Positions 7,880 through 15,755 of a DNA stretch of 48,545 nucleotides are shown one piece after another. The translations under genes were made by a program, and so were the position numbers. Below the pieces are notes generated by a model. It was given only the letters and a program-made list of their open reading frames with translations, was not told where the DNA came from and did no database searches. Position 1 is the first letter of the stretch, and each line of letters opens with the position of its first letter. Origin of the DNA: an uncultured Nitrososphaerota archaeon (GTDB lineage: Archaea > Korarchaeota > Korarchaeia > Korarchaeales > Korarchaeaceae). The DNA lies in assembly GCA_964594835.1 (NCBI GenBank), contig CAZQNA010000010.1, positions 1-48,545 of the forward strand, read 5' to 3'.

Positions 7880-9034
7880 ATGAGCTTTCTAGCGATTCTG
7901 CTGATCTACGCTGCCGCCACCTCCGCAGCCGCCGTCGCGGTCAGGTCGGCAGGGGTAGAGTGGCTCGAGGCGGGCCCGCTGTACCTACAGCTGAACTCCT
8001 CCGGGAGACTGATGAGCCTGCTCCTCAGACCAGCCAGACACCTCAGCAGGGCCCTCTCCCTGCTTGGGGACGTATCTGCCGTGGTGTCGGTTCCCCTCGG
8101 CATAGCAGCCACGGCCTGGCTGGCGAGGACCACCTTAGAGCTCGCGTCATCCGGCTGGAGGGCGCCCCCCTCCGTCCTCCCGCCCATTCCGGGCTTCACG
8201 CTCTCCCTGAGCTGGGGGGTCATACTCGCCCTGTTCACTACCCTCCTCTTCCACGAGCTGGGTCACGCATACTCGGCGGTGAGCGAGGGGCTGGGGGTCA
8301 AGAGGATAGGCTTCTTCGTCCTCCTCCTCATCCCCGGCGCGTTCGTCGAGCTGGATGAGAGGGAGCTCTTCTCCCTCCCTCCCAGGAAGTCTGCCCGCGT
8401 TCTCTCAAGCGGGATCGGCGCAAACCTCATGCTGGCGGCTCTCCTACTCCTGCTGGGAGTCGCTGCGCTCCAGGGCTTCCCGAGGTCTCCCTCGGGAGTG
8501 TACGTGGAACGCGTCCTCCCCGAGAGTCCGTCTCAAGGCATCCTTCGACCGGGCACTGTGATCTTCGCGGCTAACCACACCCCCACCCCCACGCTGGACT
8601 CGCTCTTCTCCGTCCTCTCTAGTGCCAGGCCAGGTGACGCGCTGATCCTCGACACGAGCGAGGGCCGCGTGCGTCTCCGGCTCGGATGCAGGCCCGACAA
8701 TCAGTCAGCTCCCTGGATGGGGATCCTCCTGTCCCCGATGGGGTACTACTCCCCCAGGGCGTCGGGGCTCCCCGCCTCGTGGGCCCATGAGTTCGCGAAG
8801 GACATTCTCCTGGCAGTCCTCTTCAACCTGAGCGCCGCAGCCATCAATGCCCTGCCAGCCCTCCCCCTCGATGCGGGGAAGGTCCTGGCCATTTTCCTGG
8901 GGGTCGACCTGGGGGGGCGGGGCGGCGCCTCGTCTACGACCAGGGGGAGAGCCTTGCTCGCCGTGTCGGTCCTCGTGTGGCTCCTCCTCGCCCTGAACCT
9001 GGGGTACTCGGTGATCAGGTTTGTCGCGTCCTGA
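7880..9034 (+). CDS. Site-2 (M50) intramembrane metalloprotease with PDZ domain
   Basis: HELGH, GAFVE, GIGAN, PDZ-like GVYVERVLPESPS, NALPALPLDAG; several TM segments. ATG 7880 follows GGTGA; alternative GTG at 7856. Confidence 0.92.
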   Translation: MSFLAILLIYAAATSAAAVAVRSAGVEWLEAGPLYLQLNSSGRLMSLLLRPARHLSRALSLLGDVSAVVSVPLGIAATAWLARTTLELASSGWRAPPSVLPPIPGFTLSLSWGVILALFTTLLFHELGHAYSAVSEGLGVKRIGFFVLLLIPGAFVELDERELFSLPPRKSARVLSSGIGANLMLAALLLLLGVAALQGFPRSPSGVYVERVLPESPSQGILRPGTVIFAANHTPTPTLDSLFSVLSSARPGDALILDTSEGRVRLRLGCRPDNQSAPWMGILLSPMGYYSPRASGLPASWAHEFAKDILLAVLFNLSAAAINALPALPLDAGKVLAIFLGVDLGGRGGASSTTRGRALLAVSVLVWLLLALNLGYSVIRFVAS

Positions 9035-10091
9035 GACGGAGGCAGGGAATCCCTTCCGGGAGGTGGCCCCACCCCCAGAACCCGCCAGGCTCATAGATCG
9101 GGCGTTCACGGCCGCCTTCTCCCCGATCTCCCTGCCCAAGATACCCGACCCCATCGCGAGGGCGAGGGCGAGGGAGCGAGCCAGGGTTTCGGCGTTCAGA
9201 GACGTGATCTGGAACACGCTGAGGTCGTCGGTGAGGTCCTTTCCTCCCATAGACTCGATCCACCCCTTCTACAGGGACCTGGCGGACGTGGTCTTCGGCG
9301 TCGATAGACTCCGCCACTGTCTTGGGGCCTTGGAGTGGGCGGCGAAGGTGGTGAGGAGGATAGCCGCCTCAGAGATGCGCAATCTCAGGCGGGAGGAGAG
9401 CTTTCAAGGTCTCGAAGCCATAAGGAAGAGGGCAATGGCCAGAATGGCCTCCGTGGTCAGGAGGGTCTCCGAGGAGGTGACCTGCGTCAGGCAGGCCGCC
9501 GCCAGCCTCAGGAAGCTCCCCTCCGTGGATCCAGCCCTTCCGACGGTCGTCATGGCGGGCCCCCCGAACACCGGGAAGAGCACCCTGGTGAGGAGGATCT
9601 CAACTGGCAGGCCAGAGGTGGCCGAATATCCGTTCACCACCAGGGGGGTCCTGCTCGGCCACACGTCCCTGAGGGGCGTGGGCAGGGTTCAGGTGATGGA
9701 CACGCCCGGGCTCTTGGACAGGCCGCTACACGAGAGGAATGAGATAGAGATGCAGGCGATCGTGGCGCTCAAGTGGCTCGCAGACACGATACTGTTCGTG
9801 TCGGACCCCTCAGAGACCTGCGGCTACGAGATCGATCATCAGGTCTCCCTCCTGAGAGAGATCTCCCGGCAGTTCTCTCCCGCGCCCACGATAGTCGTCC
9901 TAAACAAGGCCGACCTCGGAGATCTGTTCCGAAGGGGGGCCGGAGTTGTGACGCGGGCCGCGGAGGAACTGGGTCTCCCCCACGTTCGGATATCTGCCGA
10001 GCGGGGCGAGGGGATACGGGACCTGCTCGAGATCGTCAGGAGGGACCTCCAGATTGCGAGAGAGAGGGGTCATGGTTCTGCTCAGCGGTGA
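9021..10091 (+). CDS. NOG1 family ribosome-biogenesis GTPase
   Basis: HPFYRDL, AGPPNTGKST, AEYPFTT, DTPGLLDRP...RNEIEMQA, DPSETCGY, NKAD. Confidence 0.93.
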   Translation: MSRPETEAGNPFREVAPPPEPARLIDRAFTAAFSPISLPKIPDPIARARARERARVSAFRDVIWNTLRSSVRSFPPIDSIHPFYRDLADVVFGVDRLRHCLGALEWAAKVVRRIAASEMRNLRREESFQGLEAIRKRAMARMASVVRRVSEEVTCVRQAAASLRKLPSVDPALPTVVMAGPPNTGKSTLVRRISTGRPEVAEYPFTTRGVLLGHTSLRGVGRVQVMDTPGLLDRPLHERNEIEMQAIVALKWLADTILFVSDPSETCGYEIDHQVSLLREISRQFSPAPTIVVLNKADLGDLFRRGAGVVTRAAEELGLPHVRISAERGEGIRDLLEIVRRDLQIARERGHGSAQR

Positions 10092-11106
10092 GAATCCACG
10101 CCTCGCATTCTTGGAGCTCACCGGGATCATCGAGGCGGAGGCCCTCGGCGGCCGGCCCAGACTCCTCGCTCCCCAGGTGGCCCTGTTCTCCGCCCGCGAC
10201 CCGGACGAGGCGGCGAGGGTGATCTCGGGGAGGGCGGCCCTCGCCAGGCTGACCTGCCTCTACCTAGGGTCCTCACGCGGAACCCTCGAATCGCTCAGAA
10301 GCCTCCTCTCCGAGGTGGAGTGGCCCCCTCTCACTGGATCCTTTGCGGTCCGCTCCATCAGGATCAGAGGCTCGCTCAGGGGGTTGACGAGGGGGGTGGT
10401 CTCGGCGACCATGGCCGAGCACCTCCTGGCGTCGAATCCCCGGCTCAGCGTGGACCTGGAGAGGCCCGACGCGATCGTAGTCGCCGTCATGAGCGGAGGG
10501 GAGATTCACCTGGGTCTCCTTCTGTGCGAGGTCGATCGGCCCAGCTTTCGCGCCAGGGCCCCCCACGCGAGGCCCTTCAGGCACCCGGCCTCCATGGACC
10601 CCAGGCTTGCGAGGGCCATGGTCAACCTGGCCCGGGTCAGGAGGGGGGACCTGGTCCTAGACCCCTTCCTGGGCGCCGGGGGAATAGCAATCGAGGCCGC
10701 TCTCGTCGGTGCGCGCCTGCTGGGGTGTGATGTGGACCCGGCGATGGTGAGGGGGGCCGAGGCCAACCTGCGCCACTACGGACTCTCCGGGAGGTACACC
10801 CTCTGGGTCTGCGACGCCGCCGACCTGCGGCTGGACGTGGAGGTGGACGCCGTGGTCACCGACCCCCCCTACGGCCGCTCGGCAGCAGCGAGGGGCGGGT
10901 CAAGAGAGCTGCTCCTCAGGTTCGCCTCGAGGGCACCCGATCTGCTCAAGCCCGGAGGCCGGCTGGTTCTGGCGTATCCAGCGGAGGCCAGACCAGAGAG
11001 CGTCCTCTCCAGGCACTTGGAGGTGTTGGAGGTCGTCGACCACAGGGAGCACAAAAGCCTAACTAGGAGGATCGTCGTCGCGAGGAGGAGGGGTGATCCC
11101 CACTGA
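10072..11106 (+). CDS. tRNA (guanine10-N2)-methyltransferase Trm11/TrmG10 with THUMP domain
   Basis: LSVDLERPD (THUMP), RPFRHPASMDPRLARAMVNLA, DPFLGAGG, TDPPYGRS, HKSLTRRI. Confidence 0.88.
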   Translation: MVLLSGENPRLAFLELTGIIEAEALGGRPRLLAPQVALFSARDPDEAARVISGRAALARLTCLYLGSSRGTLESLRSLLSEVEWPPLTGSFAVRSIRIRGSLRGLTRGVVSATMAEHLLASNPRLSVDLERPDAIVVAVMSGGEIHLGLLLCEVDRPSFRARAPHARPFRHPASMDPRLARAMVNLARVRRGDLVLDPFLGAGGIAIEAALVGARLLGCDVDPAMVRGAEANLRHYGLSGRYTLWVCDAADLRLDVEVDAVVTDPPYGRSAAARGGSRELLLRFASRAPDLLKPGGRLVLAYPAEARPESVLSRHLEVLEVVDHREHKSLTRRIVVARRRGDPH

Positions 11107-12008
11107 GAGTGACTTTTCTCGGCACCAGCAGCGCCGTGCCGACTAGGGACAGATCTCTGACCTCAATCGCCGTGTCGTTGGACGGCGAGTACCTCCTCAT
11201 AGACGCGGGAGAGGGCACCCAGAGGAGGATCATAGAGGCAGGCCTCGGCTTCGGTCGCCTGAGGAGGGTGTTCATCACACACCTCCACGGAGATCACTTT
11301 CTCGGGCTCTTCCCAATGCTCCAGACCCTAGGGATCCTCAGGAGGACCAAGCCCCTGGAGGTGTACTCTCCCCCGGGCCTGTCCGCCATCTTGGACGCTC
11401 TGTCGAGGCACGCCTCCTTCAGGATAGAGTTCCCATTCAGGCTGGTGGAGTTTGAGGGGGAGTCCAGATTCGAGTTCAAGAAGTACACGGTGAAGGTGTT
11501 CCCTGTGGACCACGGGGACGCCCCCACGTTCGGCGTCAAGATAGTGGAGAGGCCGAAGCCGGGCAGGCTGAACGTCGAAGTCGCCGAGAGTCTCGGGATA
11601 CCTCCGGAGATGAGGGGCCTCCTGAAGAGGGGGATTCCGGTGAAGCTACCCGACGGCAGGGTGGTTCAACCGGAGGAGGTGGTGGGTCCGCCGACCCCCG
11701 GCAGGGTGATCGTCTACTCCTCCGACACGCGCCCCTCAGACTCGGTCGTCAGGGAGGCGTCGGGCGCCGACCTCCTCATACACGACGCGACCTTCACCTC
11801 AGACCACGCAGATAGGGCGATGTCCACGGGACACAGCACCGTAGAGGAGGCCTGCCAGGTCGCCGTCAAGGCGGGAGTCTCGCGGCTCGCCCTGACCCAC
11901 TTCAGCGCCCGCTACAAGGAGGAGGACCTGGCGGACATAGAGGCCAGGGCGAGGCGCATATTCCCCAACGCCTTCGTGGCGAGGGATCTCATGACCGTGG
12001 AGGTGTGA
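11103..12008 (+). CDS. rnz: Ribonuclease Z (probable CTG start at 11103; first standard start is GTG 11109)
   Basis: FLGTSSAVPT, DAGEGTQ, THLHGDH, flexible arm, SSDTRP, HDATF, GHST, LTHFSARY. Confidence 0.96.
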   Translation: MRVTFLGTSSAVPTRDRSLTSIAVSLDGEYLLIDAGEGTQRRIIEAGLGFGRLRRVFITHLHGDHFLGLFPMLQTLGILRRTKPLEVYSPPGLSAILDALSRHASFRIEFPFRLVEFEGESRFEFKKYTVKVFPVDHGDAPTFGVKIVERPKPGRLNVEVAESLGIPPEMRGLLKRGIPVKLPDGRVVQPEEVVGPPTPGRVIVYSSDTRPSDSVVREASGADLLIHDATFTSDHADRAMSTGHSTVEEACQVAVKAGVSRLALTHFSARYKEEDLADIEARARRIFPNAFVARDLMTVEV

Positions 12009-12510
12009 ACTCCCCTCGGAGCGCGGCCCTGACCTCGGCCTGGGTAGCCTCCCTCACGATCCTCCCCTCTGAAGTCTTGGGGGCCAGCCAATCCAAGAAC
12101 ACCCTTACGTTCTCCTCCATGTGAGGTGGGAGGGATATCTCCAGGCGTATCGCCCCCATGGGGCTCTCCTCCTCCCCCTCACACACGACCACCGAGCCGC
12201 TGTAGGCGGCCTGCTTGTGAAGGAGCAGGACCATAGTCGTGCCTCGAAGGGAGGACCTCAGGAGCATTCGGGCCGTGTCGAGTATTCTGTTTGATCTGAA
12301 GGAGTTTCTCAGCTTGTACAACTTCTCTAGACCCTGGGTCTCGAAGACCAGGGGTCTGGGCCAGCCCTCTCCCGAAGACCCGGGCACCTCATCCTCCTCC
12401 GCCACCGGAACCACGTTTCGGATGGCCACGGCCACCCTGGACGCGCTCTCGGTCCTGTTGACCCAGGCCGTGATCCGGATCCTGACGTCACCCCCTCCGC
12501 TCCCGCCCAC
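11989..12510 (-). CDS. UPF0201/DUF54 family protein
   Basis: ITAWVNRTES..RV..AIRNV, RILDTAR, LHKQAAYSG, ESPMGAI, WLAPKT.EG. Confidence 0.85.
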   Translation of the reverse strand: MGGSGGGDVRIRITAWVNRTESASRVAVAIRNVVPVAEEDEVPGSSGEGWPRPLVFETQGLEKLYKLRNSFRSNRILDTARMLLRSSLRGTTMVLLLHKQAAYSGSVVVCEGEEESPMGAIRLEISLPPHMEENVRVFLDWLAPKTSEGRIVREATQAEVRAALRGEFTPPRS

Positions 12511-12892
12511 GGTCCGACACCCCCCTGGAGGAGCACTCCTCCACCCTGGTGGGGAGCCTCAGCCTGAGGTACTCCGCCACGGGCCATCTCACAATGGTCG
12601 CACCCAGCATAGACAGCTCCGACTCCAGCCTCGCGCGGATCTCCATCCCCTCGGAGTCGAAGTCTGTGAGGATTACGTAGCTGTTTCCGCAGACGGCAGG
12701 CGAGCCGTCCCTCCTGATCCTCTGCTCTATCTCCCTCACCGTCATGAACCTACCGCGAACTCCGAGGCTCTCCAGGGCCTCTGCGTCCCTCCTCCCCTCG
12801 ACTATGATCCTGACACCCCCGCGGAGGGACTCCTCCGTCAGTACCCTCGCCCAGCGCCTCAGCGCCTCGGGATCCGGGGTCTGCCTGGCCAT
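12488..12892 (-). CDS. Small Toprim-domain protein
   Basis: IIVEGRRDAEALESLG and VILTDFDSEG Toprim motifs. Confidence 0.85.
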   Translation of the reverse strand: MARQTPDPEALRRWARVLTEESLRGGVRIIVEGRRDAEALESLGVRGRFMTVREIEQRIRRDGSPAVCGNSYVILTDFDSEGMEIRARLESELSMLGATIVRWPVAEYLRLRLPTRVEECSSRGVSDRGRERRG

Positions 12893-13017
12893 CGACCTAA
12901 GTCACCTTTCCCCTCCGTTTCTCAAGCTCACTTCGCTCCCTTTCGACAGTTTGGGACACACAGCTCCGTCAATAAACGATTATGAACGATTAATTAAGTT
13001 CTCGGTCGGGGCGCCCG

Positions 13018-14187
13018 ATGCACTGGTCTAGGGGCGCTGTGCGCGCTGCCTCGGCGGCGGCCCTCGCGACTCTCGTGGCGCTTTCGGCCGCAGTCTCCAC
13101 CTCTGTCTGCGGCCCCGCAGGCGGCGGTCGCCCCTACCTGAGAGAATTTGGGGCCCACGTAGATATAACTGACAACGACACGTCCAGGATCACGATATTC
13201 GGGATTTTTCTCAACCCATCAGACTCGGGGATCGATGTGAGGGCCGTCTCCATCCCGCTCGGGTCTCCTGAGACCATCAAGCTGGACGCGCTGAGTGTCT
13301 CGGTGCCCGAGGGCGGCAGGGCGGAGGTTACGGAGGGACCCGAAAGCCTCCTCATCACGCTGATCCTCCCAGAGCCTGTCCCGCCGGGGGGCCGAGGCGA
13401 GTTTCAGCTCTCCTACGTCGCCCTGCCCGGTAGCTACGTCAAGCCCTGGATGCCCATAGGCAGCAACACCACCACCGGCGAGTACAGGATGTTCAACTTC
13501 AACCTGTACAACCCCAACCTGAGCCTCGTCCAGGGGGTCACCGACATCCAGGTTACAGTCCTCCTCCCAAGGGACGCCCTCCTGACGCAGCTGAGTCCCC
13601 TAATGAACCTATTCTACCCCAACAAGCCAGTGATAGAGGCCAATCTGGTAACCAGAAGGACCCAGGTCAGCTGGACGAACCTCACCGTGGTGCCGGGGGA
13701 GGGGAGGCTCTTCATAGTCACCTACTCGCTGCTGGGCACCCCGATCCCACCCACGTCACCCAGGCAGTCGTCTCCAGGCAACTCGTCGTCGAATTCGGTG
13801 CCCGCCTCGGGCACTGCCCTGGTCCTCGGGTCAAACGGCCTCGCCGCGATGATCTCCGCCGTGATAACGTACCTGATACTCAGACGCAGGCTGACCCCCT
13901 CTCAGCTCCCTGCCGGGCACCGGGCAGAGGCTCCAAAGACGATACTCTCCCAGCTCTCGCCGGAGGAGATGAGGATCCTGGAGACGGTCAAGTCTGCCGG
14001 CGGATCGGTGGCCCAGAGAGACATCCCCTCCATGGTCGGATTCTCCAAGAGCAAGGTCTCAAGGATGCTCAAGAGGATGGAAGAGCTGGGCCTGATTAGG
14101 AGGACCACCCTGGGCAGGACCAAGCTGATCGAGCTCTCCCCCACGGCCTCGGAGCTGATGACCCCCTCCCGGGAATCCGAGGAGTGA
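13018..14187 (+). CDS. Membrane-anchored transcriptional regulator: signal peptide, beta-rich extracellular domain, S/P linker, TM helix, C-terminal winged HTH
   Basis: Hydrophobic N-terminus; TM LAAMISAVITYLIL followed by RRR; LSPEEMRIL..GGSVAQRDI..VGFSKSKVSRMLKRMEELGLIRR..GRTKLIEL (COG2512-like). Confidence 0.82.
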   Translation: MHWSRGAVRAASAAALATLVALSAAVSTSVCGPAGGGRPYLREFGAHVDITDNDTSRITIFGIFLNPSDSGIDVRAVSIPLGSPETIKLDALSVSVPEGGRAEVTEGPESLLITLILPEPVPPGGRGEFQLSYVALPGSYVKPWMPIGSNTTTGEYRMFNFNLYNPNLSLVQGVTDIQVTVLLPRDALLTQLSPLMNLFYPNKPVIEANLVTRRTQVSWTNLTVVPGEGRLFIVTYSLLGTPIPPTSPRQSSPGNSSSNSVPASGTALVLGSNGLAAMISAVITYLILRRRLTPSQLPAGHRAEAPKTILSQLSPEEMRILETVKSAGGSVAQRDIPSMVGFSKSKVSRMLKRMEELGLIRRTTLGRTKLIELSPTASELMTPSRESEE

Positions 14188-14191
14188 GGTC

Positions 14192-14280
14192 TGGTGCGGG
14201 GGGTGGGATTTGAACCCACGCGGGCCTACGCCCAGCGGATCTTGAGTCCGCCGCCTTTGACCAGGCTCGGCCACCCCCGC
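14192..14280 (-). tRNA. tRNA-Leu(CAA)
   Basis: Reverse complement gives GCGGGGG acceptor, GCGGA-CTCAAGA-TCCGC anticodon arm, long variable arm GGGC-GTAG-GCCC, TTCAAAT T loop and CCA end. Confidence 0.97.
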
Positions 14281-14302
14281 CCAGTGGTGTGTGTGGGGCC
14301 CC

Positions 14303-15130
14303 CTATTTGACGTTTTTGCGGGCCGACCACCTGCCCGCCCTCTCGACGATCCTCCCGTAGAACCTCTCCGGCTCGGGGTATACCCTCGCGAACTTCGGCC
14401 CCTCGCTGATCAGCCGCACCCGCGCCTCTCTCTGCAGGGGGATCTCCACCTGGCCGTCCACTATGGCAACTAAGTCCCTGTTGGACTCCACCCTGACCTC
14501 CACTCCCAGGGGGGCCACGAACGACGTCACGGGCACGATCATGCTGGGAGGCCAGGCGGCCAGCGGGGCAGCGACGAGCGCGTGGACGCGGGGGTCGAGC
14601 AGGGGACCGCCGGCCGATAGAGAGTAGGCCATGGACCCGAGGGGCGTCGCGAATATCAGCCCGTCGGCTATGAAGGAGTTGACGAACGCCCCTCCCACGT
14701 GCACGGAGAGCCTGCTCGCCTTCCCCCGGATTCCGCAGGCCAGTAGGACCTCGTTAAGGGCCGGTGACACCGGCACCCCCTCGAGCCTCACGGCGGGGTG
14801 GGTGACCACCTCGTACTCCCCGCTCACGAGCCTCCTCAGGCCCTTATCCATGCTCTCCTCGTCCAGCTCCATCAACAGGCCGTAGGTGCCGTCCTTAACT
14901 CCGATTATGGGGAGGACTCCTCTGGAGTCGTGATAGGCCTTGAGCAGGGTTCCATCTCCCCCCACGGCCATGACGACGGCCCCCTCTCCGGGCTCGACGG
15001 GTGAGGGCTCCCTGAGGATCTCGACCCCCCACTCCGATAGGTGCCTGACCACCCTATCGGCCAACGCGGCCGCCTCCGGACTGTCCTCCCTGACGTACAG
15101 GTGGACCCTCTCTATGGGACGCCCCTTCAT
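14303..15130 (-). CDS. nadK: NAD kinase
   Basis: GGDGTLL, GTYGLL, ALNEV, ADGLIFATPLGSMAYSLSAGGP, IVDGQ. ATG 15130 chosen; the longer ORF-track extension is antisense to GINS. Confidence 0.9.
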   Translation of the reverse strand: MKGRPIERVHLYVREDSPEAAALADRVVRHLSEWGVEILREPSPVEPGEGAVVMAVGGDGTLLKAYHDSRGVLPIIGVKDGTYGLLMELDEESMDKGLRRLVSGEYEVVTHPAVRLEGVPVSPALNEVLLACGIRGKASRLSVHVGGAFVNSFIADGLIFATPLGSMAYSLSAGGPLLDPRVHALVAAPLAAWPPSMIVPVTSFVAPLGVEVRVESNRDLVAIVDGQVEIPLQREARVRLISEGPKFARVYPEPERFYGRIVERAGRWSARKNVK

Positions 15131-15188
15131 GAGGTCTCGCCGCGTCCGGACGGGCCAAGTTATTAGGCTGAGGATGTCAGGGAGGCAG

Positions 15189-15755
15189 GTGGGGCTGCTA
15201 CCCACCCTGTCCGCAGAGACCCTGAGGCTGCTCCTGGACGTTTCCCAGGTACGAGTGAAGGTGACGCGCACGGTCGAGGGACTCCCGAACGAGTTTCCCT
15301 GGCCCATCAAGAGGGGCATGGAGATAGACGTCCCTGCGTGGCTCGCGAGGTCTCTCGTCTCCCTGGGGGTCGCGGAGTTCTCGAGCCCCCTGGACCTGAA
15401 GTCCTTCGAGTCCCTCCTCAGCAAGGAGCTCGTGACTTCGAGGCTGACCAAGATCCCCTCCGAGACCTTTGAATGGTTTGTCCGTGAGAGAGAGCTCACG
15501 GGGGCCCGCTCCGACGATCCGCTCGCCGCTAGGAGGCTCCACCTGACGGGGAGGGATCTGATAAAGAAGAGGCTCTCAAAGGCCCTGAGATACGCAGTCC
15601 TTGCCACCGAGTCCGAGGTGGTTGAAAAGAGGCTAGTTGAGAGGCTCACCCCACCTGAAAGAGTTGTCTACGCCCAGATCAGGCTTATAATCGACAGGTG
15701 GGTCAGCCTACTCTTGGGCGAGAAGGGGGAGGATGGGGAGCACGGGGGAGTTTGA
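15189..15755 (+). CDS. GINS complex subunit Gins23 (start 15189 GTG or 15174 ATG)
   Basis: B-domain first (RGMEIDVPAWLARSLVSLG), then helical domain (KRLSKALRYA, LTPPERVVY); directly upstream of and overlapping mcm. Confidence 0.85.
   Translation: MGLLPTLSAETLRLLLDVSQVRVKVTRTVEGLPNEFPWPIKRGMEIDVPAWLARSLVSLGVAEFSSPLDLKSFESLLSKELVTSRLTKIPSETFEWFVRERELTGARSDDPLAARRLHLTGRDLIKKRLSKALRYAVLATESEVVEKRLVERLTPPERVVYAQIRLIIDRWVSLLLGEKGEDGEHGGV

Noticed and set aside
14940-15649. Mutual long extensions of the nadK and GINS ORFs, suggesting a large bidirectional overlap
   Set aside because: Homology starts at 15130 (minus) and ~15174-15189 (plus), leaving a short divergent promoter with TTATTA.
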